A stretch of 64,000 nucleotides of DNA from Camelus ferus. Lineage: Eukaryota. Position numbers and translations under genes: made by a program. Shown here in pieces: positions 23,997 through 35,489 of the stretch; the first letter of the stretch is position 1; every line of letters begins with the position of its first letter. Under the pieces are notes generated by a model, which was not told where the DNA came from, did no database searches, and was given only the letters and a program-made list of their open reading frames with translations. Location: NCBI RefSeq assembly GCF_009834535.1, contig NC_045696.1, positions 113,710,001 to 113,774,000 on the forward strand, read 5' to 3'.

Positions 23997-26268
23997 TCTC
24001 CCTTAATTTCTTTTTCTCTATTATCTTGATGTTTAAAACACCCTTTGGAGCCTGTGCTAACATCATCATGTTAACCAGACTTAGCAGCAACTTTTTCCAG
24101 GGCTGGAAGACTTAATTGAGGTTTCAAGACCTAAACATTTCTCAAGAAAATTTGTAAATTAATATTAGTGGAGTCTCAGAATTCCTTCCTAGGAACAGGT
24201 AGTGAACGAATCCTAAATCTATTAATAGCAGAAACCAAAACAGGACAAACTTTCATCAGCGTTTATTTTAAACCAACTCCAGACGTAAGATTTCCAGGTG
24301 GGACTCCTGGACAGCATGCTCGCCTTCCAGGCTCTGTGCTGCACTCTCTTAGTCAGGGAGCAAAATTAACTACCCCTCCTCTTCCTCCCTCTCCCCTCCT
24401 TCCTGCCCTGCCCCTCCAAGCCTCTCCCCACATCCTCTGCAGTTGTACCTAATTCCCCCAGGCCTTGTAAATCTTTATCTCTGTTTTATTTCTTTGGCTC
24501 CATCTGGGTTGCCCTGGTGGTCCCAGCAGGTACAGATAATAATGCAAACAATTCAGACCAAGCTGTCGCCTGGATTCATGGGCAGAAGAGGGACCGCTGG
24601 ACACCCGTTTCCAGCTGCTCCAAACCCCTCCCCGCTCCGCTGGCTCTTAGGGTCAACCCCACAGCCAGAGCTCACACGTGCACCCTGTCTCCTGTCCTCC
24701 AACTGGTGGGCCCTGAGTGTGACCCCCTTACTTGCAGACACCCCCCACCCCGCCCCGCTTCCTTCCCCTTGTGTGTGTGTGTGGTGTGGGGCGGGGGGGG
24801 GGGGTTTCCTCACTGTCCCCAGTCCTGAAGGCATCTATTCCACTTGGGAGCCCCATTCCCTCCCGCCGCCCTCTTTCCTGCCTTTCCTTACACTGTACTA
24901 CGGGAAACCTCGAACATAATGAAAAGTAGTCCAAACAGTATCCTGACTCTCGGAACACACAGCCCATGGTGTTTCATCTGTTCTCCTATCAGCTTCCCGC
25001 CGTCTGACACTCTGAAGCAAATCCCAGATACTGTATCATTTCATCCACAAATGTTTCAGGATGTATCTCTAAGGATGCTTTTAAAAGACATAATCACCAT
25101 ACTATTATCACACCAAAGACAATGAACGATTCCTTAAAATTATTCAATCTCCCTGACTGTCTTATTGTCTAAGAAAAAATTTTTTTAAACACAGAGTGTT
25201 TAAAAAGAGAACCCAAGTAAGGTCCATGCATTGCAAGTGGTGGATTTGTTTCCTAGACCATTTTTAATTCACCCTCCCTCCCCAACCCCCCTCCACACAC
25301 ACACACCTGCCCCCAGCATCTCTGCTGACTGAGATCCGGGTCACTCTCCTCGCCCCGCTCCTGGAGCTGGACTTTGCTGGTCCCATCCCGCACTCTCCCT
25401 GGACACCCCCGCTGCCCTGCACTTGTGGGCTCAGAGTCTGTAGTCACCGGGCAGGGGCGCTGTCCGGGGGGCGTCGACTGTCGACCAGGGGCAGAGAAAG
25501 AGCCAGGGAGGTCCGCGCACATCACATCGTGAACATCCGCTGAGGGACGCTGAGGGATTGCCCTGCAGGCGGGGTCCTCAGGGCGAGGTCCTTTCCCTCC
25601 TGGTCCTCTGAGGTCTGTGCTGCTGTGACAGGGGATCTGGGACCCCGGAGCAGCATCCCTCCGGTCCTGCCAGGTGGGCTTCGGGGCCGTGCCATCTGAG
25701 GACGCCGCGGGGGCGCTAACCACCGTGCCCTCTCTCCTTCTGGCCTGGCCTGGTTTTCTTTGAGGGCCCCTCCGCCTGGTGGCTCTAAGCCACAGCCTGT
25801 GAGGGGAAATGGCCTTCTTTATGCGTCTTAGTCTCTCTCTTCTTTCCTCCTTTCCCTCCCCGCGCTGGGAAGGAGCCAAAGAGGCGCTGATCTTCTACCT
25901 GCCCCTTCTGTGTGGATGCTGAGAGACGCCAGGAGTGACTCAGGGATTCAGACGATTCACCAGCATCGGCAGGCTGCAGAACCCCAGTTTTGAAATTCAG
26001 ACAGCTAAGCCCCCCTACCTCTGCTGAGCCACATAATTCACTTCTGAAATTTTGCTACTAAGGGAAAAATCATTAATGAAAACAATTTTTTTCATGGGAA
26101 AAAAATCATGATGTATTTTCTCCCAATTCAAGAGACTTGAACAATTTTCACAGGTAGAAACCTCTAGCAATTGAACAATAAAAATAAGTACATACAAGTA
26201 ATAAACAACACACGAAGGTCTGTATGTCTAGTTCGTACGTAGGCTGTAAGGTGACAAAGGGTTTTGTT

Positions 26269-26269
<1 letters not shown>

Positions 26270-26311
<42 letters not shown>

Positions 26312-26626
26312 TGTTTATTTATTTTTAACATTTTTTTGAGTTATAGTCATTTTACAATGTGGTGTCAAATTTCAGTGTAGAGCACAATTTTTCAGTTATA
26401 CAGGAACATACATATATTCATTGTCACATTTTTTTTTCGCTGTGAGCCACCACAAGATCTTGTGTATATTTCTGTGTGCTACACAGTACCATCTTGTTTA
26501 TCTATTCTACATTTTGAACTCCCAGTCTGTCCCTTCCCACCCCCAGCCCCCTTGGCAACCACAAGTTTGTATTCTATGTCTATGAGTCTGTTTCTATTTT
26601 GTATTTTATGTTTTGTTTTTTTAGAT
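26270..26626 (-). mobile_element. Young L1 3' end with (TTTA)n tail
   Basis: TSD gggttttgttt at 26259-26269 and 26627-26637; antisense L1 3' UTR between them. Confidence 0.9.
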
Positions 26627-27369
26627 GGGTTTTGTTTATTTTAAAACTCACCAAAAGAGTAAGAGAGGTTGAGGGAAAAGCCTTGCAAACTCACCCTTCT
26701 TTCTGCATTAACTTTTCATGACACCTTTGGGTTCACAATTACTTTGCTCTCAAGCTGCACTTCAAGGAATACACAGATAAACATTGTTAGGGAGAAATAA
26801 AGACTGAGTGAGGATTCTTGGAAACGTGTGAATTGTGCAGTTGTAACACGAACCCTAGAGTCTAGGTGGTGCTGGCTGGCATCTTCCGGCCCGGTTCACG
26901 TCTCCCAGCAAGGCAGGTCCATGCAGACGCGGTGCACAATTCACATGTGTCCCCCTGTAAAACTCTGACGAGACGCTGTTGTGTTGACTAAACTGCTGAT
27001 GCGTTTTTGCCTGCCCGGAGGTCAAAATACCATTGATTTCAATATATTTAGCGTGCTGTTGGATACAAGGGAAAAGTGGTACTGGGAAAAAAAGAAAGAA
27101 AGAAAAAAAAAGACCAAGCTATGGTTCAAAATGTGGTTTGAGAGCCATCGTGTTGAAAAGTTAATTCAACAGTCATTACCAGGAAAGTCAGTTACCTACC
27201 TTGGGTTTTCTACTGGATTTCCTTCCGCAGCCAATGCTAATTTCCTCTCAGGCATGTGGATGAGAATGAAGGTTAGCTCCTCAGAAAGCCAAGAGACAGC
27301 CCAATGATATCAAAAAGTATGACCAACGTAATTCTTACCCGCTCCTCAGGGGACAGAGTTAAACAGAGC

Positions 27370-27700
27370 TCTGAATTATTGATACATGCAGTAACATGGA
27401 TGAATCCTCAAAACGTGCTGAGTGAGAGAAGCCAGGCCCAGCAGATCACATACTCCACCCGCACGGAATTTACAGCAGGCAAACCGTGGAGATGGAAATC
27501 AGACTGTGCTCCCTGGGGGTCCGCAGAGGGACTGACAGGAAGGGAGCATAAAGGAATTTTCTGGGATGAATGAAATGTTTTACATCTTGTTTTGGTCAGT
27601 GGTTACACAGATGTATGCAATTGTCAAAATTCATCAAATTCAACATCCCAGATCTGTGCATTTTATTGCATGTATCAGAAGTTTGAAATAAATGGGGAAA
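27370..27700 (+). mobile_element. L1MC-like 3' fragment (MIR follows at ~27760-27960)
   Basis: gatacatgcagtaacatggatgaatcctcaaaac...gtggttacacagatgtatgcaattgtcaaaattcatc. Confidence 0.75.
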
Positions 27701-28720
27701 AAAGAGTTCAAGAGTCCTTGTATTGACTTGTTATTAAATATGTCCTTGAATAGACTCTCTAGGCTTTGGGGCTGGAAGTCCTGGGTTTGAATTCCAGTTC
27801 CACAATGCTCAGCTGCAGGAAACTAGCCAAGTTAATTAACCCTTCTTAGCCCGTTTTCCCACCTATAAACCAGGGGCAGGGGGACAGCCCTCGGCGCACA
27901 AGGGTTTGTGAACATCCAATGGACTAAAGCCCGCAAAGCTCCCAGTCACTGACGAACAAGATTAGGTTCCTCCGAGTCATTTTAAGGACCTTCGACCAAG
28001 CCCTCCATTTACTTCATGTTGTCACCACTCACATTTTCCAGCAGTTTCACCTCCAGGCCATCCCGTCATTCTCAGAGGCCCTCCCTGGGCCCCTCAGGTC
28101 CCCTGCCTCTCAGCACCACTGAGCTCAGGCCCTGCCGTCGCTGGGCTGACGTCTCTGGTGGCTCCAGTGGGCTCCGCTGCCTGTAGTCCAGCGGCCCCGA
28201 GTCTGTTGTGGACAGAGCCCTCCTGCTGGTGTCCGGGCTTCCCCCTCGTCTGGTTTCCTCCCCATTCGTTCTAACCCGGAATTCTTGGGCTTCCGGCTCA
28301 GGTTGGCCCCACCTGGCCCTGCATCTTTGTTCATAGTCAAGGGCCAGGAAGCCTTCCCTGACTCTCCAGATGACAGCAATGCCTCTCTTGTCTGCACACC
28401 CTAGCTTTTTGTTCAATTCAACTGTACGTTGTCGAACATACATACATCTTTTGGTGGTGGTTCTTGACAAGCATATAAAGTAAATGTTCCAGGAAGGAAA
28501 CGGTTTTAAGCACTCCTGTATTGCCCTCACTGTCACCCACCTAGGAAGTCCTCAGCAAATATTTGGTGGTCTCTCACTGCTTTTCAAATTTCAAAGCCCT
28601 TTCATGCAGACAACCTCCATGGATGCTCACAGCAACAGCCGGCTCGGCCGGCTGGGGACATGGCCTTGCTTCCATGAGTTATTCCGACCTCATGCCCTCC
28701 TGCTCCATCTCCCGGGCTGG

Positions 28721-29070
28721 TGCCCTGGTCTGGGGCTGCTGTAACAGCAGCACAGACTGAGCGCGGATGCAGAGCGCACTGTCTCATGGTTCTGGAAGGT
28801 GCTAGTGGGGTCGGGCTCCCAGTGAAGATGCTGGGCCAGGACGTGTTCCAGGCCTGTCTCCCAGCTGCTCCAGTCCTCACATGGAGCTCTCCCCATGCGT
28901 GTCCCCTTTTCATAAGGACACCAGTCATAGTGGAGTGAAGAGGGACCCACCCTATTTACTTATTTTATGAAATTACATCTGCAAGAACCCTATTTCCAAA
29001 TAAGGTCACATTCTGAGGCAGTGGGGGTTAGGACTTAAACAAACGAATTTCAGGAGGACACAATTCAACA
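28721..29070 (-). mobile_element. MLT1B/C-like solo LTR
   Basis: gggctgctgtaacag...ttttcataaggacaccagtcat...attacatctgcaagaaccctatttccaaataaggtcacattctgagg. Confidence 0.8.
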
Positions 29071-31021
29071 AGAATCGGTCAGTGTTCCTCAAACTCCAGG
29101 TCATTTTTCAAACCACCTCTGTGGCTGCTCTCAGAATAATATTCCACCTAGACCACTATTTGTTGGCTACTAGCAGGCAGATTTTAGCAAGACCGTAACT
29201 CTCTATACTGTAAATGGAAAGCCAGCATCACGTGGCGTAGGAGTGTTAATGGTAAACGTAATACAGAAAAGACACAGGTATGAGCAGAAATAACATAATA
29301 CACAGAAGCACTCAACTATGGAAATAAGCTTTTGTCAGCGAGCTACCCCGGATCATTGCCCCGTCCCCTGGGGCTGCAGATGTCCTCTGGAGAACACGTG
29401 GTCTAACCTGGGTGCGGCTGGGAGGCTTTTCGAGAACTAACACCAGAAGTGAAGAAGGCAGGCTCAGCATGAGAATTTCAGGCTCTCTGAGCCGGTGGGA
29501 GTGGGAACAGGCTGTGGTCTGCTGCGTCTTTGGGGAGAGTGTGAGTCTAATTACTTTGCTGACACAGGACCACAGCTCAGAGGATCCGAACTATCTTGTA
29601 AGTCACATTTTATAGAAGAGAACAGTGAACTGCAGAGAAGTGAAGGCCGGTCAGTGCTGGGGCAAGGCTGGAACCCACCCGATGCTCTCACTTCAGTTCA
29701 GTTAACCCCTTGGCAGTCTGGAGCCTCCAGTGCCGGGGACCAGAGCCCGTTTCTTGGCATCCTGCCGTCGGTCAGAAGTGAGGCTCACACTGCAGTGAGG
29801 CTGTCTGGGGGTGACGAGGTTACAGACGGTGTTTCCGTGCATCTTTATGAGCTCATTTTGGTTTATTATTATCAAAAGAGAAGGTGAACTTGGGGTGAAG
29901 ACGGGTTGCCTAATGGTCCTCCAACTGTTTGCTGGAGGGAGTTTTGTGTTGCTGTTTGGTTGGTGGCTTTTAATTTTTTGAAAATATAGTCATTGCAAAG
30001 GGATAAAATCCACACAACGCTAAAGGTCGGTGATAAAAAGTTTTCTTCCCAGTTAACCTAAATCCTGGGAAGCGGTCGCTGCTCCTGTTTTCCGTGTGTG
30101 CCCTGCTAGCGGTATGAAGGTGGCGGGGTGTGGGGGCATGTCGCCTACACATGAGCACCGATGAAATATCTGAAATGAATTTCACCAGAATCAATAACTT
30201 TGGGAAAAACCCCTCAGTCTCCACTGATCCAGAGTTTCTGCCCTCCCTCCTGTTTAACTCATTTTCTTTTTCTTTTCTCTTCCTCTAATTACATTTTAAT
30301 CCTTTCCTATTTCTGGGTTGAGAACACAGGACAGGAACAAGCGGGGTGTTTTTATTTCCAGTGTGTAGACAGGCACACGCGGGCGAGGGCAGTGATGTGA
30401 CCTGCCCGGGCCCCAGCTCTTCTGATCCCAAGCCCACGCGCTCTGCCTGTGCCGCGGTCCGGAGCGGGGAACTGTTTTCAGCTGGGGGACAAATGTACAC
30501 GGTATCAGGCCGATGTGTTTCCTGTCGGAGGAACTTTGTCTTTTCTCTCCGCGGTTCTCCTGAGACTGTACATGGTTTACGGACGCCACGGAGGCACGCT
30601 GAGCGCATGAGTTCAGCTTAAAAAAAAACACAGCGTGCTGTGCGGGTGGGAATTCCTGGTAACGATTTTCAGCAGGAAGTGGGGAATTTAGAGCTGATGC
30701 TGTGAGAGCTGCTGGCTGAGTGATGGAGAGGTCGTCAGAAAGCCGCTGAGGTGAGACCATCACACGGGAGGGAAGGTGGGAAGGTGGGGCAGGAAACCCT
30801 GGGTCGGAGACATTCCGAGGGTGAAAGGCTGCCTGGGGGGCCCGTGGGAACCAGACCTGAGCGGGGGGGTGGAGGGGGGGAAGAAGCTCAGGAAGGAGGG
30901 TCACAGCACGAAATGCTCTGGGGGCCTAAGGGTGGGCTTCTAGGAGATGGTGTCGGCTTTGGTGATGAGCGAGTGGGTTTGAGTGAGTGGAGCCTGTAAA
31001 GTGGCAGAAAGGAAGCCAGAT

Positions 31022-31072
31022 TGTGTGTGTGTGTGAGACAGACAGACAGAGAGAGAGAGAGAGAGAGAGAGA
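31022..31072. repeat. (TG)n-(AGAC)n-(AG)n compound microsatellite
   Basis: Directly visible. Confidence 0.9.
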
Positions 31073-31439
31073 CCGAGGGGAGGCCACTTAATGGTCACAT
31101 GCACCTCCGTCTGGTTTCGGCTGCAGCTTGATGAGGTTAGACCGGCCAGGCCTTGATTCCGAAGCCTGGCCCTTCTCCCAAGAGCACCAGTGCTGGCTAA
31201 CGAGGGCAACTCGAGCAAATCCACAGGAAAGAAAAAGGAAAGTGATATTTTAATTTCATCCAGCCTGACATAACCACCGTCCGCAAGGACTGTGCCTGCC
31301 ATTCTGAATCTTGAATGCATCAATGCATTATTTTAGGGACCAGAGATGTGCTCTGGCCAAACTGGCTGTGACATGAATAAACACTGTTTTTCTACTAAAT
31401 TCAGCTATAAAAGGACTAGAAAACTTCCCATGGGGATGG

Positions 31440-31490
31440 GAAAGAAAGGAAAGAAGGAAGGAAGGGAGTAAGAAAGAGAGAGAAAGAAAG

Positions 31491-31549
<59 letters not shown>

Positions 31550-31622
31550 AGGAAAGAAAGGAGGAAAGAAAGAAAGGAAAGAAAGGAAAGAAAGAAAGAA
31601 AGAAAGAAAGAAAAGAAAGAAG
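31440..31622. repeat. (GAAA)n polypurine microsatellite
   Basis: Directly visible. Confidence 0.97.
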
Positions 31623-31959
31623 CAGAAACCTGCCATCAGAAGGCAGACAAGGGCCGCGGGGCTGGCTGGCTGGGTGGCTGGTGGCCCCGTGCTCTCCAGA
31701 CTGACTGGGAGGAGGACACCTCTCACTTCCTTCCGCTGCGTCCTCCTTGTTTTCCTTGGGGGTGGGGGGTGGGGCTATTAAATCCCGTGGAGCTGTAGGC
31801 AGTATTTTGTTTTACCTGATTCATCTCACACAAGGTTCAAGGGCTCTGGCTGTAGAAACCCAGGAACTCCCTCCTTCACCAACTAGTAAATTCACAGTGA
31901 CGTTCATCGTGTTTCCTGGGGCTGGTGGTGTCCATGGTGCCTCAGCGCTCCGGAGTCAC

Positions 31960-32170
31960 AGCCACACAGATAAGGGTTTGAGACCCGGCTCTGCCCCTTC
32001 ACAGTTACCAAGACTTGGATCTGTGAAAACGTCTGGTCAGTTTCCACAACTGTATGACGAGGAAAATACGCATCTTGGGGGGCTCTAGGAAGGATTAAAT
32101 GAGATTATACATGTTTATACAGTGTGTTCCACGCCCTGTGCTGTGGTCGTCTCCGTGGTGATAATAATAG
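31960..32170 (+). mobile_element. MIR SINE
   Basis: gggtttgagacccggctctgcccc...cagtttccacaactgtat...gaaggattaaatgagattatacatgt. Confidence 0.7.
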
Positions 32171-33569
32171 TGATGATGACGATGATACGGAATCCTGTCC
32201 CAGCAGGTCACCCTTCTTTTTCATCAAACGCAAAATTAAAATGAGCCGTCAGAGGAGAAAAAGAAGCTCTAATTGCTCTGCTTCAGAAATCAACGTCTGT
32301 TGCCCCGAAGCACAGGCTTTTCACAGCTTTATAGAATCTCAAGCCTTTTGCACAAGAACTTCTAAAAGAAATTCTCCCTGATCAGAAATCCAAGACTTTT
32401 TTTTCATCTACAGATAAGAAATCCTACCATATGCTTGAGCACCGCCACCTTCAGCAAGTCACCTCACCCCCTGGGGCGCACGACCCAGGGGTCTAGTCAA
32501 CTTTGTCAGTTAAACGAAAGGCGGCCAGAACTTTAGAATGTGGGTGCTGGCCTGGGGGTCCCTGTGCACTGTGACCATCAACCAGAAGTGACGGGAGGTG
32601 CAGGGGGGAGGCTCGGAATCCCCGGAGGGTCTGGATCCTGGGCGACCTTGGGCGAGTCACTCAGCTTTGTGTGTCTGTATCCTCCCCTGTAAACCAGAGG
32701 TGGATGGGCCTCTTGTACGGGGCTGACCCCAGGGACTAGAGAAGGACTCAGTGTCAAGACGGGAACCCTTCTCTTCCTCCCTTCTCAGGGCACCTGGGAT
32801 TACCTTCACCAGGAACTCGGAACACAGACTCCCTCAGATTTCAACGCCAGCAGAGGCAGTGGCACGCACCCCCAAACTGCACCCAGAACCGGAATCCTGT
32901 GGAGGTAAACCTTTTATCAAAGAGTAGAGGGCATCCGGGTCAGTTACAGGTGCCTGACTGTCTTGTCAATAACTAACCCTGAAGTCTGTCGCCCAGGGAC
33001 GTGTGGACGCCAGACTGCGCGTTATGAAATCCGTCTTCACCACTTTCCACTCTTCCTTGCCTTTGACCCCCACTGCCAGGATGGCCTTCGGGGCCCATGA
33101 CTCAATCCGTTCCTCTGTTCTCCTGTCCTTCTCTTGGCCCAGCACAGCCCTCTCAGTTGCCCGTCCGCTGTCTTCTCCCCAGGCCAGAGCACCCGGCACA
33201 CAGCCGAGCTGGGGACCGCGGGCCAAGCTGGCCCAGAGTTTCAGCTCCTGGGCTCACGTTTGCACGCGGGGCCCACACCGGTCACTCTCCCCTTTCTGAG
33301 ATGACCATTTGATCTCTCTTCTCTTGGACACCCTCCCACATTCTCTGCCTGTCTCCTAGAAGGCGTGCCTGCTTCATTCTCTGCGCAGAAAACAGAAGCC
33401 CCAGCCGGTCTGGGCCGGGCCTGGGGCTCTGCGTTTCTAACATGCTCCCCGTGATGCCAGTGCTTTGAGTCGCAAGACTAGATTCTTACTCAATCTTTCT
33501 TTTTCAGGCTGTTTTCATCATTGTAAGTAGGCTCTAGGAGCCTTCATTCTTCAAACCTCTTATTTGCGG

Positions 33570-33738
33570 TTTTTTGGGTTTTTTAATTTTTAAAAATTTG
33601 TTTTGTTTTTGGCAGGGGGGAAGCAATCAGGTTTGTTTGTTTGTTTATTTATTTATTTAATTACTGGAGGTAGTGGGGATTGAACCCAGGGCCTCGTGCA
33701 TGCTAAGTTTGCGCTCTACCACTGAGCTACACCCTCCC
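33570..33738 (-). mobile_element. Camelid tRNA-Ala-derived SINE
   Basis: tggaggtagtggggattgaacccagggcctcgtgcatgctaagtttgcgctctaccactgagctacaccctccc. Confidence 0.9.
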
Positions 33739-34219
33739 TCCACCTTTGAGGTTTGAAAACATCTCTGTCAAAATACTGTCCCATTTTCTCTTTCTCCTTT
33801 TAAAACAACTCTTGTGGAGAGAACTTCCTACCGAAGCCGTCTACCCCATTCCGACGTTCACCTTCTTTCTGATTTCCAAAGTAATACACACTCATGAGAA
33901 AAAAATTATGAGTGAGGCTAGCAGACCTAGACATCTCTGCTGGGGTGTAGCCGAGCGCTCAGATCTCCACGTGCTGGGGTTTCTCTGTCTTGTGGCTGCT
34001 CCACCTTCTCTTGGGTGCTGCCCTTGTCCGCAGGGTCCCAGCTGGTCCCCCCAGGCTCCCCGGCACCACCCCCACCTCCAGACCACGGAGGGTGTGACGA
34101 GGAGGCGGAGGCAGAGCAGCTGCCCCCCACGGGGTGAGATCTAGAATTTGCTCCCATCACTTCTGTTCACTTCCTTAGGCTAGAATTTAGTTCACGGCTA
34201 CACCTGATGGTAAGGAAGG

Positions 34220-34700
34220 TATCACTAGTTAGTGCTCTGTGACAAAGCACTTCCAACTTTTGTGGCTTAAATCAATACCATCTATTATTGCTTACGAATA
34301 TGGTGATCAGGTGGGCAGTTTATCTAGCCTCGGCTGGGTGGCTGCACGCACCTGCCATCAGCTGCGCATCGCGTAGGTGGCTCTGCTGACCTTGGCTGGG
34401 CGATCTCAGACGCTGGGCGGGGGCTGGTCTAGGACTGTCTCAGCTCTCGTGCACCTGGTCTCTCCTCCTCCAGCAGGCTAGCCTGGGGCTCACTTTCCAA
34501 GCATGGAAGGGTTCCAAGAGAGCCGGGAAGGGCGCAAGATCACTTCCACCAGAGTCTGCTGGCCAAAGCAAGTCACGAGGCCAGCTCTGATTCAATGGGT
34601 GGGGTAAAAAGGTTCCACCTTTTCATGGAGGAAGCTGCAAAAGATGTGGATATCAGAAAGACTAAGAATTGGGACCATTAAAAAAAATCAACCCATCACA
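34220..34700 (-). mobile_element. MLT1-family LTR nested in an older MLT1J-like LTR (~33930-34825)
   Basis: The outer element breaks at ...ggctacacctgatggtaagg and resumes at gggagactggggaatttagt. The inner element has ctcctccagcaggctagcctgg...ggccaaagcaagtcacgaggccag. Confidence 0.65.
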
Positions 34701-35489
34701 GGGAGACTGGGGAATTTAGTTTCCAGCTAAATGGCCACATGCCAAGATAAAACTCCAATGGTTCCATTTATAAAAGGAAGAAAGAGAGAATGGATATTAG
34801 GCATAATTTATAGACTCTGCCGCAGAAGGAATTACAGTTCCCTATTCATCTTCCCCAAATGGAGGCTCCACTCGCAACCTCTTGCTATAAATCGTAATAT
34901 TACCATTCGGACAAAATTTCTATCCTTCTTAACTAGTGTGCATTTTTGATTTCCCTTGACTCTGCTGACCTAGGAACTTACTCCTTGACCTCTTAATCCA
35001 TAAAACAAATCAAGTTCACTTGGTTACAAACATTTTGGGAATTTAATATGTATAGTCTTTGTTATTTTGTATTGCAGCATTTTTATGTAAGCCTACTTTA
35101 TACATACGCTCATTTTATACACATTTTATTTTTATAGTAAAAAACATAATTTTTATACAAATCTACTTTTTCTCCCTCTTATTCAACTAGTTAAAAAAAT
35201 CCCAAACAATAACTAAATATTATCATTTCCCCCAAAATCCAACAGCCCAAATCTGAACAGATCAAGTATATCTTGATATCTTATTACACACTACTAAGAA
35301 CACATGAGATTTGGGGGATTCTTTAATATGGACAGATGCTTTACATTTAAATCAAAATGTACAGTCATGCTTAAATTTAAAATAATTTTCTCATTATTGC
35401 TTAAAGTGAATGGGGTCTTTTTTGGATTGATAATAGCTTCTGGAGTTTCTCATCATTGGTTTTCAATAACTGTCCATAAATTGCTTTGA

